A stretch of 32,000 nt of DNA from Candidatus Methanophagaceae archaeon (GCA_003194425.1 PQXB01000001.1:130444-162443); one strand, 5' to 3'. Counted from the first letter of the stretch, positions 7,518 to 15,555 are shown. Numbers and translations are program-made. The notes: generated by a model not told the origin, from the letters alone.

Positions 7518-8855
7518 ATGAAAATTGGAGTGGTAATTCACGGACCCGAGGTAGTGGACGAAGGCGAGGCGGAGGAGGCGGTAAAACGGCTGAAGGCTGC
7601 GAACGCGGGGTTTAAAGTAGAAGCGGCTTTGGGCGGAATAACAGGTAAAACCGCGGTTGTTGACGCAGGCTTACGGCGTCTAATTGACATCAGTAAGGAC
7701 TTGAGACCCTCTGAAGTAGTGCGGGATTTTGTCGCTCGGGGAATAGATTTTGTCGTCTTGGTAAATCGTGCGAAGACCAGCGAGAGCGGGTTTCGGCTCG
7801 GCGAGGGGATTCTGCGGAATTTCTTCGCGACTGGCGGTACTGGCGGTACTGGCGGTACTGGCGGTACTAAAGGCGGTGCAACGGCAACGGCGAAGATTTC
7901 GTTTCTGCAGTTGGAATTCTGTGGCAGGAGGATTCTTCGTTGGGTCGTGAAGCCCGGGGACGAGGAGGTGTGTAAAAGGCTGACAAGAGTTTTTAGCGAG
8001 TTTAGGGTTGAAGAGGTTGCGGAGAGCAAACACGAACTCGGGTCGAGGTCGAGGTGCCGAAGAGACGCTCGTTCGGGTTTAGTGTACCGCGAGATAAGAG
8101 GAGTGAGTCCCGGTGAGAAAATCGTTGTGGACGGCGTAGTTGTCGGAGTGGCGTCGCAGGCTAACGCGGTTACGTTGGTTGCGAGGGAGGGGCGACTCGT
8201 AGAAATTCTGGGCGGCACGTTGATAAAGCACAACCTTGAAAAGCTGCCGAGTTTGGATCTGGAGCGGGAGATGGTTAAGACTGCGAGTGTAATTCGGAGG
8301 ACGAGACCGAGAAGGAGGGGGAAAAAAGAAAAGTCAAAAGGAGGAAAGAGAAAGAAGAAGGCGTGCTTCTTCTACACGGTTGAGGGCATTTTCCCGAGGC
8401 TCGTGGGAAGGGGTGCTGGAGCAGGAGCCGAAGCAGGAGCCGAAGCAGGAGCCGAAGCAGGAGCCGAAGAGGCGGAGGTTGCGGTTGCGGTGACCGTGGG
8501 GGACGACACGACGAGCATTGCCGGCGACATCTTGAAGCGGTTCGGAGTTCGGCTGATTGGGATTACAGACGGCGACGCAGACGGGCTGATTGACGGAATT
8601 AAGACAGGAGCGTTGGAGGAGTACGAGAAGTTTCTGCCGCCTGGCTCGGTGGTAGTGAGGTTGAAACCCGAGACGGACGACCTTGTAGGGCAGCGGGTGA
8701 AGGCAGAGATTTTTAATGGAGGAGAAGAGATTGAGTTGGAAGGAGTAGGGGAAGAAGAAGTTGCGAGGTGGTTTGAGGAGTTGAAGCGTCGGGTGCTTGA
8801 GTTGGCAGGCGAGGAGGTTGTTGGGGTGCTGAGTTCTTCGACTTATGAAGGTTGA
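7518..8855 (+). CDS. Conserved archaeal hypothetical protein (possibly DUF2117-like); function unknown
   Basis: 445-aa ORF with coding-like composition. The N-terminus MKIGVVIHGPEVVDEG and the central IRGVSPGEKIVVDGVVVG, HNLEKL and GITDGDADGLI resemble uncharacterised methanogen proteins from memory only. It contains (TGG)x4, (AGAE)x4 and a polybasic stretch. Confidence 0.55.
   Translation: MKIGVVIHGPEVVDEGEAEEAVKRLKAANAGFKVEAALGGITGKTAVVDAGLRRLIDISKDLRPSEVVRDFVARGIDFVVLVNRAKTSESGFRLGEGILRNFFATGGTGGTGGTGGTKGGATATAKISFLQLEFCGRRILRWVVKPGDEEVCKRLTRVFSEFRVEEVAESKHELGSRSRCRRDARSGLVYREIRGVSPGEKIVVDGVVVGVASQANAVTLVAREGRLVEILGGTLIKHNLEKLPSLDLEREMVKTASVIRRTRPRRRGKKEKSKGGKRKKKACFFYTVEGIFPRLVGRGAGAGAEAGAEAGAEAGAEEAEVAVAVTVGDDTTSIAGDILKRFGVRLIGITDGDADGLIDGIKTGALEEYEKFLPPGSVVVRLKPETDDLVGQRVKAEIFNGGEEIELEGVGEEEVARWFEELKRRVLELAGEEVVGVLSSSTYEG
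7830..7868 (+). repeat. 9-nt tandem repeat x4 (actggcggt), encoding (TGG)x4
   Basis: Perfect tandem copies, in frame with the 7518 ORF. Confidence 0.95.
8421..8468 (+). repeat. 12-nt tandem repeat x4 (gcaggagccgaa), encoding (AGAE)x4
   Basis: Perfect tandem copies, in frame with the 7518 ORF. Confidence 0.95.
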
Positions 8856-8922
8856 AAAGATTTATGTATTTTCAGTTATTTTCAATTTAAATTATGCGTA
8901 GGGCGAAAGGGCGAAATTTAGA

Positions 8923-9495
8923 ATGAAAGAAGAAGAGAAGGAAGTGCTAAAGGTATTGGAAGAGAATGCGAGGCTGAGCTACGGGGAAATTGCGAGGCTG
9001 GTCGGAGTGGCGGGCGGGGAAGCAGGCGGGGAAGCTGGAGGGGAAGCTGGTGGGGAAGCTGGTGGGGAAGTAGGCGGGGAAGCTGGTGGAGAAGCGGCGG
9101 TGAAAAAGATTATTTCAGAGTTGGAGAAGAAGAAAATTATAAAAAAATATACAGTGGTGGCGGACTGGGAAAAGGCGGGAGTAGAGAGCGTGCAGGCGTT
9201 AATTGACATAAAAGTCAGTCCTGAAAGGGAGACTGGGTACGACCCGGTTGCAGAGCGGATTTCGCGGTTTCCAGAAGTGCGGTCGGTGCGGCTGGTCTCG
9301 GGCGAGTACGACCTCTCGGTGCTGGTGGAGGGGAAGACGATGAGAGAGGTTGCGTATTTCGTTGCCGAGAAGATTGCACCGCTGGAGCAGGTTCGGAACA
9401 CGCTGACGCACTTTTTACTGAAGACTTACAAGGAGGACGGAGAGATTTACGGCGAGGAGGAGGGGGAGGGGAAGAGGCTGGCGGTGACGCTGTAA
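8923..9495 (+). CDS. Lrp/AsnC family transcriptional regulator with (GGEA)x7 insert in the HTH
   Basis: 190 aa. N-terminal HTH (LSYGEIARLVGV ... AVKKIISELEKKKIIKKY) and a C-terminal RAM/AsnC_trans_reg-like domain (IDIKV, VRSVRLVSGEYDLSVLVEG). Confidence 0.85.
   Translation: MKEEEKEVLKVLEENARLSYGEIARLVGVAGGEAGGEAGGEAGGEAGGEVGGEAGGEAAVKKIISELEKKKIIKKYTVVADWEKAGVESVQALIDIKVSPERETGYDPVAERISRFPEVRSVRLVSGEYDLSVLVEGKTMREVAYFVAEKIAPLEQVRNTLTHFLLKTYKEDGEIYGEEEGEGKRLAVTL
9013..9096 (+). repeat. 12-nt tandem repeat x7, encoding (GGEA/V)x7
   Basis: ggcggggaagcw-type units, with six GGGG runs spaced every 12 nt on the coding strand. Confidence 0.95.
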
Positions 9496-9560
9496 AAACA
9501 CTTTCTTTCTAAAGAAAGAACCTGTGCTAAAAGAGAGAAGAGAAAAAGAAAAAGAGGGAA

Positions 9561-10784
9561 ATGTCAAATAAAATAGCCGAGCGGGTGAAAGGGCTAAAAG
9601 GCTCGGGCATAAGAGAGTTTTTCGATGTCGCAGAGCAGATGGAGGGGGCGATTTCGTTGGGCGTCGGCGAGCCTGACTTTGTAACACCCTGGAGCATTCG
9701 GGAAGCGTGCATATTTTCGCTTGAAAAGGGCTACACTTCTTACACGAGCAACTGGGGGCTGCTCGAATTGAGAGAGGCGATTTCCGAAAGGACTTACAGA
9801 GAAAGTGGCGTGTTCTACGACCCAGAGGGCGAGATTCTCGTGACGACCGGAGTGAGCGAGGCGTTCGATTTGGCGCTGCGTGCGGTTGTCAACCCAGGCG
9901 ACGAGGTCGTGCTTCACGAACCCTCGTACGTCTCCTACAAGCCCTGCACGGTCTTTGCTGGCGGTACGCCGGTCTGCGTGGAGACGCGGGTAGAGGACGA
10001 GTTCAAACTGCGGGCGGAGCAGCTGGCGGAGCGGGTGACCGAGAAGACGAAGGCGGTTGTCCTGAACTACCCAAACAACCCCACAGGAGCGGCGTTGAGC
10101 AGGAAGGAGTTGGAGGAGATTGCGGAGGTTGCGGAGGAGCGGGATTTGGTGGTTATTTCGGACGAGATTTACGGCAGTCTGACTTACGGCGACAACGGAG
10201 ACAGCGGGGAGCGGGGGAGGGGGCACACCTGCTTCTCGTCGCTCAACGGAATGCGGGAGCGGACGGTTCTGCTGAACGGTTTTTCGAAGGCTTACGCGAT
10301 GACAGGGTGGCGGATTGGGTACGCTGCGGGAAACCGGGAGCTCTTGGAGGCGATGATGAAAATTCACCAGTACGTGATGCTTTGTGCTCCGATTACGGCA
10401 CAGAAGGCGGCGCTGGAGGCGCTGAGCCCGAGGTGCGACTGCGAGACCGAGAAAATGGTCGAGGAGTACAACAGGCGACGGCGGTTAATGCTGGCAGGGC
10501 TGCGGGAGGTTGGGCTGGAGTGTTTTGAGCCGAAGGGTGCGTTCTACACTTTCCCCTCGGTTGAGAGCACGGGCCTCTCGTCCGAGGAGTTTGCAAAGCG
10601 GCTGCTCTTGGAGGAGAAGGTGGTCGTGATTCCGGGAAGCGTCTTCGGGGCTTGCGGCGAGGGGTTCGTGAGGTGCTCTTACGCGGTCTCGCAGTACGAA
10701 ATAAAAGAGGCGTTGGAGCGGATTGGGCGGTTTTTGGAGGGGTTGGAAGGGGGTGGAAGGGGTTTGAGAGGGGAAGGGGTTTGA
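9561..10784 (+). CDS. Class-I PLP-dependent aminotransferase (aspartate/aromatic aminotransferase-like)
   Basis: 407 aa. Motifs: GVGEPDF, NYPNNPTGA, NGFSKAYAMTGWRIGY (PLP lysine context), VRCSYA. Confidence 0.9.
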   Translation: MSNKIAERVKGLKGSGIREFFDVAEQMEGAISLGVGEPDFVTPWSIREACIFSLEKGYTSYTSNWGLLELREAISERTYRESGVFYDPEGEILVTTGVSEAFDLALRAVVNPGDEVVLHEPSYVSYKPCTVFAGGTPVCVETRVEDEFKLRAEQLAERVTEKTKAVVLNYPNNPTGAALSRKELEEIAEVAEERDLVVISDEIYGSLTYGDNGDSGERGRGHTCFSSLNGMRERTVLLNGFSKAYAMTGWRIGYAAGNRELLEAMMKIHQYVMLCAPITAQKAALEALSPRCDCETEKMVEEYNRRRRLMLAGLREVGLECFEPKGAFYTFPSVESTGLSSEEFAKRLLLEEKVVVIPGSVFGACGEGFVRCSYAVSQYEIKEALERIGRFLEGLEGGGRGLRGEGV

Positions 10785-10789
10785 GAGGG
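10749..10789 (+). other. Canonical G-quadruplex-forming motif (five G3-5 runs, loops 2-7 nt)
   Basis: GGGGGtggaaGGGGtttgagaGGGGaaGGGGtttgagaGGG spans the last codons and stop codon of the aminotransferase gene. The motif is certain; folding is not. Confidence 0.4.
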
Positions 10790-10812
10790 AGTGAAATTGA
10801 GAGGGAGTGAAA
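10781..10812 (+). repeat. Perfect 16-nt tandem duplication (ttgagagggagtgaaa x2) covering the aminotransferase stop and the argD Shine-Dalgarno
   Basis: Copies lie at 10781-10796 and 10797-10812. Each contains GAGGGAGTGA. Confidence 0.95.
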
Positions 10813-10814
10813 AA

Positions 10815-12056
10815 ATGTTTTCGTCGCAGGAGGAACAGGAGGAACAGGAGGAACAGGAGGAGCAGGAGGAACAGGAGGAGGTTTTTGAGAAAGAGCGGAG
10901 ATATTTGATGCCGACCTACAAGCGATCGCGGGTCGTGCTGAAATCCGGAAGAGGGGCGGTGGTGAAGGATTTCTCGGGTCGCGAGTACTTGGACTGCGTC
11001 GCTGGAATTGCGGTGAACGCGGTCGGGCACTGCCACCCCGCGGTAGTGAAAGCGTTGAGAGAGCAGGCGGAACGGCTCATTCACACCTCAAATTTGTTTT
11101 ACACCGAGCCACAAGTAAAACTCGCGGAGAAACTTTCGGGACTAACAGGACTGGAGAAGGCGTTCTTCTGCAATTCCGGTGCAGAGAGCGTGGAGGCGGC
11201 GTTGAAGTTAGCGTGCAAAGAAACAGGGAAAACCGGGTTCGTTGCCGCGGAGGGAAGTTTTCACGGCAGAACGCTCGGCTCGCTGAGTGCTACTTTTGAC
11301 CCGAAGTTCAGAGGCGTGTTTGAACCTTTGCTTTTGCCTCGGGTGGGGAACGGTGTGAAATTCGTGCCGTACGGCGACGCAGAGGCGATTCGAGCTGCGA
11401 CTGACGACAAAACCGCTGCGGTCATTTTGGAGCCTGTTCAGGGCGAGACAGGCGTGATTATTCCCCCCGCGGGCTACTTAAAAGAGGTGCGGGAAATCTG
11501 CGACGAGAAAAGGGTCTTGCTGATTTTTGATGAAATTCAGACCGGGTTCGGTCGTACTGGAAAGTGGTTCTGCAAGGAGCACGAGGGCGTGGAGCCGGAT
11601 ATTTTGACACTCGCGAAGGCGTTGGGAGCAGGGTTTCCAATCGGCGCGATGCTCGCACGAGAGGGCTTGGAATTTGAAGCCGGCGAGCACGGCTCGACCT
11701 TCGGCGGCGGTCCGCTGGCGTGCTCCGCCGCGCTGGCGTCTGTAAAAGTGATTGAGCGGGAGGGGCTGGTGGATCGGTCGAGAGTGCTGGGTGCGTATTT
11801 TTTGGAGCGGTTTGCGGCTGAGTCCACGGCTGCAGGCTCGGACTCCAACCCTGCAGTGAAGGAAGTGCGGGGCAAGGGGCTGATGATTGGGATTGAATTG
11901 GCGAAGCCCTGCGGGGAAGTGGTCGAGCGGGCGTTAGAAAGAGGCGTTCTGGTAAATTGCACTGCAGAGAGAGTGGTAAGGCTGGTGCCGCCGCTGGTCG
12001 TAAGCAAAGAGCAGTTGGACAAGGTGATTTCGGTCCTGCTCGAATTCATCAAGTAA
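10815..12056 (+). CDS. argD: Acetylornithine / class-III aminotransferase
   Basis: The ATG at 10815 lies 5 nt after GGAGTGA; the ORF track starts at the GTG at 10791. Motifs: LMPTYKR, GIAVNAVGHCHP, FFCNSGAESVEAA, LIFDEIQTGFGRTG, TLAKALGAGFPIGA. It has an N-terminal (QEE)x6. Confidence 0.9.
   Translation: MFSSQEEQEEQEEQEEQEEQEEVFEKERRYLMPTYKRSRVVLKSGRGAVVKDFSGREYLDCVAGIAVNAVGHCHPAVVKALREQAERLIHTSNLFYTEPQVKLAEKLSGLTGLEKAFFCNSGAESVEAALKLACKETGKTGFVAAEGSFHGRTLGSLSATFDPKFRGVFEPLLLPRVGNGVKFVPYGDAEAIRAATDDKTAAVILEPVQGETGVIIPPAGYLKEVREICDEKRVLLIFDEIQTGFGRTGKWFCKEHEGVEPDILTLAKALGAGFPIGAMLAREGLEFEAGEHGSTFGGGPLACSAALASVKVIEREGLVDRSRVLGAYFLERFAAESTAAGSDSNPAVKEVRGKGLMIGIELAKPCGEVVERALERGVLVNCTAERVVRLVPPLVVSKEQLDKVISVLLEFIK
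10827..10880 (+). repeat. 9-nt tandem repeat x6 (caggaggaR), encoding (QEE)x6
   Basis: Directly visible, in frame at the argD N-terminus. Confidence 0.95.
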
Positions 12057-12097
12057 TTTTAATATGTCTAATTAAAATATAATTTAGAGGTTGTAAA

Positions 12098-12808
12098 ATG
12101 GAATACGAGATAATTGGGGATAATCTCCAGATGGTCGTTGTAAAGATCTCTTCTGGAGAGATGGTTTACGGAGAGGCGGGTGCAATGATTTATATGAGCG
12201 AGAATATGGAGATGAACGCGAAGGCGAAGGGCGGGTTTCTGAAAGGGGTGATGCGAAAATTTGCGGGAGAGTCATTTTTTATGACAGAATTCTCGCCGAA
12301 AGGATACGGTTTCGTGGCTTTTGCCGGCAACGCACCAGGGCGGATAAAAGCGATTGAACTCAGGGGCAACGAGTTCATTGCAATGAACGATGCTTTCTTG
12401 TGCGCTCAGGAGGGCGTTGAACTCGAGATCAAGGCTGCCTTATCAGCGAAACAGAGAGGGGGGTTGCTGTTCGGTGGAGGACGACCATTTATTCTGGAAC
12501 GGCTGGGTGGAAGGGGGTCTGCGTTTATCCACGCCTGCGGCGATTTTGTAGAGATTGACCTTGCACATGGCGAAGTTGTGAAGGTGGACACCGGCTCTAT
12601 CGTAGGATTCGAGAGCAGCGTGAGTTACGACATCGTGAGGGCAGGGAACGTAAAGACAATGCTCTTCAGTGGCGAACACTCCTATTTGACTACCTTGACC
12701 GGTCCAGGTCACGTGATTCTGCAGTCAATGACCATGCCGAACTTGGCGGCAGCGCTCAGACCTTTCCTGCCTTCATCTTCAGGAACATCCGAAGGATCCG
12801 TAGAGTAG
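12098..12808 (+). CDS. AIM24 / DUF124 (TIGR00266-type) family protein
   Basis: 236 aa. MEYEIIGDNLQMVVVKI, GEAGAMIYM, GESFFMTEF and ILQSM are typical of this family. Confidence 0.75.
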   Translation: MEYEIIGDNLQMVVVKISSGEMVYGEAGAMIYMSENMEMNAKAKGGFLKGVMRKFAGESFFMTEFSPKGYGFVAFAGNAPGRIKAIELRGNEFIAMNDAFLCAQEGVELEIKAALSAKQRGGLLFGGGRPFILERLGGRGSAFIHACGDFVEIDLAHGEVVKVDTGSIVGFESSVSYDIVRAGNVKTMLFSGEHSYLTTLTGPGHVILQSMTMPNLAAALRPFLPSSSGTSEGSVE

Positions 12809-12918
12809 GATCCGAGAGTAGGTAGTCGCAGTTCAGTATCGAGAGGTTGCAGGGGGTTGAGGTCAAAACAAAAGAAGCACGTTCCGATTTTCAAACGAGC
12901 GTCAGGGCAGAAACGCTT

Positions 12919-13866
12919 TTATCTTTTTTCTTTTCTTATTTGAGGGTAGAAAAAAACCGCCAACGGAACGAGAAAGAGGACGCCAATCACGATTTTGCCG
13001 ACGACCGAGCCTGAATTGAAGAGAATAAAAAAAACAGGCTCTTCCTCACGCTGCATCTCAAACAGGCAGGGAAAAACATCTCCCAAGAACTCTTTTGTTA
13101 CATTGAGAATCCCGTCGTAAGAGCCTTCGGGTGGTGCGAGTGCCGAGACGCGAATCATTGTAAAGTTGGCACTGTGAAACGGCTCCTCCTTCACATAAAA
13201 ATAGAGGACGACCCGCCGGTCTGTTACATTTCCGCTTTCTCCCCCCCTCTTTACGACGACGAGCTTCTTTACCGAGACTGTGCCGTTGAAGTAGCCTAAC
13301 TCTCCTTTTCTGCTCTCGAAAGTGGAGTACAGAGGTCTCCCTGCCCAACTCACATTCTGCACAAACACCTCCTCTTTCCCCACCTCCTCAATCTCGTAGC
13401 CAAGAGCGGGGTAGCAGACGATAGGGGAGTGGAAGCTTGAACGAGCGTTGGACTGCAGAATGAGGAGATCTATTGAGTAGTATGATTTTGGCTGTGAGTA
13501 AGCACGCATTAGCATCACATCCGCACCCAGAGTTTCTGCAACACCCGTAGTGTTGTAATCTGGTTCTAAGGCGTTCCACTCGTCAATCTGCTTTGGAAAT
13601 GCCAGCATATGCTCGTTGTTCCCGAAATCCTGCAGCGTTTGAACGAACATTGCATCTTCTGTAGCCTGCGAGAGCTCGGTGTCAATTGTCTTGATGCCCT
13701 TGGCTAAAATCATTGAAGGCGTCGAGAAGAGCAGGATAATTACGAGTGCGAACGAAAGCAGTCCAATAATCCTTGAATATTCCACGAAGAAATCTTTCAG
13801 CTCCTCCCTCTCTTCCTCTTTTTCCTTCTTCTTCTCTCCTTCTCTCCCCTCCTTCTCTTTTGCCAC
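12919..13866 (-). CDS. EpsI-like (exosortase/archaeosortase-associated) membrane protein
   Basis: 315 aa with N- and C-terminal TM helices. The central region fits the EpsI pattern: FPKQIDEWNA ... GADVMLMRAYSQ ... IDLLILQSNARSSFHSPIVCYPALGYEIEE ... RRVVLYFYV. It has a K/E-rich N-terminal tail. Confidence 0.6.
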   Translation of the reverse strand: MAKEKEGREGEKKKEKEEEREELKDFFVEYSRIIGLLSFALVIILLFSTPSMILAKGIKTIDTELSQATEDAMFVQTLQDFGNNEHMLAFPKQIDEWNALEPDYNTTGVAETLGADVMLMRAYSQPKSYYSIDLLILQSNARSSFHSPIVCYPALGYEIEEVGKEEVFVQNVSWAGRPLYSTFESRKGELGYFNGTVSVKKLVVVKRGGESGNVTDRRVVLYFYVKEEPFHSANFTMIRVSALAPPEGSYDGILNVTKEFLGDVFPCLFEMQREEEPVFFILFNSGSVVGKIVIGVLFLVPLAVFFYPQIRKEKR

Positions 13867-13970
13867 TTCAAACCTTACCTCCTCTCTCTAAACTTCTTTT
13901 CGTCTAAATGTTTAAACACCTGCTAAACACTTCACTTGCAAATTCGCTGTTCTTAAAACCTTTTTAAAAT

Positions 13971-14013
13971 AAAAAAAATGAGAGGAGCAGAAAATCTGAA
14001 AAAATCTCCTCTC
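13971..14013 (-). terminator. Hairpin plus T8 run downstream of the 14042-14746 gene
   Basis: An 8-bp perfect stem, gagaggag (13980-13987) / ctcctctc (14006-14013), is followed on the minus strand by tttttttt (13971-13978). Confidence 0.45.
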
Positions 14014-14041
14014 TTCTCCTCTTTGGTCCTCTTTTATTGTC

Positions 14042-14746
14042 CTATTTCCTGTCCTCTTTTCTGCGGTTGTACAGCACGAATCCAGCGAGTGCGAGCAGTC
14101 CGGTACCAAACAAGACCACCGTCGGCAGCTCTGGCGTTGGGTAGGGGTCGCCACAGGTTGGAGAAGACACAGTGGTTGCTGAGGAGCCCTCTGTATTTAT
14201 GTACGCCTCCGCACCATCCCCAGCCATCGAGAGCCTAAGAGCGAGATAATCTCCCTGTGGCACTGTAAACAATGGACAACTCACAACAAAATGGCTAGCA
14301 CCATCACTGCAGACATTTACAATTCCTACGATTGATTTTTCGCACTTTTCGTCGAACTCTCCTGTGCTGTGGTCGAGGATTCCAACTTTCGCTGTAACCG
14401 TTTCGGTACTATCGAGATAACCACTACACTCCGCATCAATAGGCTCATAATCGAGATGTACAACCCAGTTTCCCGCGCAGAAGGAAACCTCGCATTGAGC
14501 CGATTCGTTTGCACTCCAGGTAAATGAGTCGGTCTCATTTAACCAGAAATCATTTGAAGTTCCCGTTCTCGCTCCTCTCGTCATCCAATAATTTGCTCCA
14601 GCTGGAACTTCTGTTTCATTTGTAGTTGGGTACCACGTGATGCTCACCGCGCTCGCCGTTCCGACCACCGAAACCAGCACTACCGCTGCTACCAAAAAAC
14701 TTACAACCGCTTTTTTCGTTTCTGTTTTCGTTTCTGTTTTGTTCAT
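14042..14746 (-). CDS. Secreted Cys-rich protein with PEP/PEF-CTERM-like sorting tail
   Basis: 234 aa. N-terminal signal peptide (KKAVVSFLVAAVVLVSVVGTASA). Tripartite C-terminus: PTPELPT, then a hydrophobic helix VVLFGTGLLALAGFVLY, then a basic cluster NRRKEDRK. It has several N-x-S/T sequons and 7 Cys. Confidence 0.65.
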   Translation of the reverse strand: MNKTETKTETKKAVVSFLVAAVVLVSVVGTASAVSITWYPTTNETEVPAGANYWMTRGARTGTSNDFWLNETDSFTWSANESAQCEVSFCAGNWVVHLDYEPIDAECSGYLDSTETVTAKVGILDHSTGEFDEKCEKSIVGIVNVCSDGASHFVVSCPLFTVPQGDYLALRLSMAGDGAEAYINTEGSSATTVSSPTCGDPYPTPELPTVVLFGTGLLALAGFVLYNRRKEDRK

Positions 14747-14886
14747 TTTTTCTTTTTTTCACCTCCTAACTTTTTTTCTTTTTTTCCTTCGCTTCCCTCT
14801 TTTTCCTCCTCCTCTTTTTCTACTCTCTTTTCTTCCTCTGCCCTCTCCCTTTTTGGCTCGTTCTTACCGAGGGCAATTAGTATATT

Positions 14887-15555
14887 CTATCTCACTCTAT
14901 AAAAATGTTTTCGATATTTTAGCGTTATTTTCAAGATTTCAGGGGAATTTAGGTTGCTAAATGTCTCGAGGGCGGGATTTTTTTCCCGCACCCTGCTCAC
15001 GGGGAGGAGGCAAACGTTCTTGAGCCGCGGGAGGAGAGAAGAGAGTTTCTTCTCGCCGCACTCCGCCGCTGCCTTCGTCGCTGCCAGCGTCGGCTCTTTT
15101 TTGTAAACCGCGTGCAACGGCTCCAGCAACCCGTTCTCCCAACACGGCACTACCGCGTCGCAGCAGCCTGCCACTGCAGTCTCGAAGAGAAGTTCTACAA
15201 CAGCCTCGCAGACAAAAGGCATGTCGCAGCCAAGAACGAAGCAGTAGGCAGACGAAGCCCGCTCCAAGCCCGACTGAACGCCTGCAAGCGGACCAAAACC
15301 CTTCAGCGTGTCAAAGACAAAGACGATTTTTGTTTTTGTAGCTGTTTTAAGAGCGTTCTTAATTCGTTCGCCCTGCACTTCGTCGCGTGCTGCCACGATT
15401 ATTTCGTCCGCCACGCCCGAGATTCTCTCGATCGCGTGCTGCAGGAGCGGTTTGTTGTTTAAGCAGGCGAGGCATTTCTCGACGTGGGGATCTTGAAATC
15501 TTTGGCTCTTCCCGCCCGCGAGAATGACCGCGGTCTTTTTTCTTTCGCTTTGCAT
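14887..15555 (-). CDS. mobA: Molybdenum cofactor guanylyltransferase
   Basis: 222 aa. AVILAGGKSQRF, NNKPLLQH and LGCDMPF are typical MobA motifs. Confidence 0.8.
   Translation of the reverse strand: MQSERKKTAVILAGGKSQRFQDPHVEKCLACLNNKPLLQHAIERISGVADEIIVAARDEVQGERIKNALKTATKTKIVFVFDTLKGFGPLAGVQSGLERASSAYCFVLGCDMPFVCEAVVELLFETAVAGCCDAVVPCWENGLLEPLHAVYKKEPTLAATKAAAECGEKKLSSLLPRLKNVCLLPVSRVREKNPALETFSNLNSPEILKITLKYRKHFYRVR

Noticed and set aside
9013-9096. Possibility that the short tandem repeats are CRISPR arrays
   Set aside because: The units are 9-30 nt and directly abut each other without unique spacers. They lie in frame inside ORFs, and no cas genes are present.
12809-12918. Possible tRNA or sRNA in the convergent intergenic region after the DUF124 gene
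   Set aside because: No cloverleaf can be drawn: there is no T-loop GGTTCRANYC motif and no acceptor-stem complementarity. Only a weak 4-bp hairpin is present.
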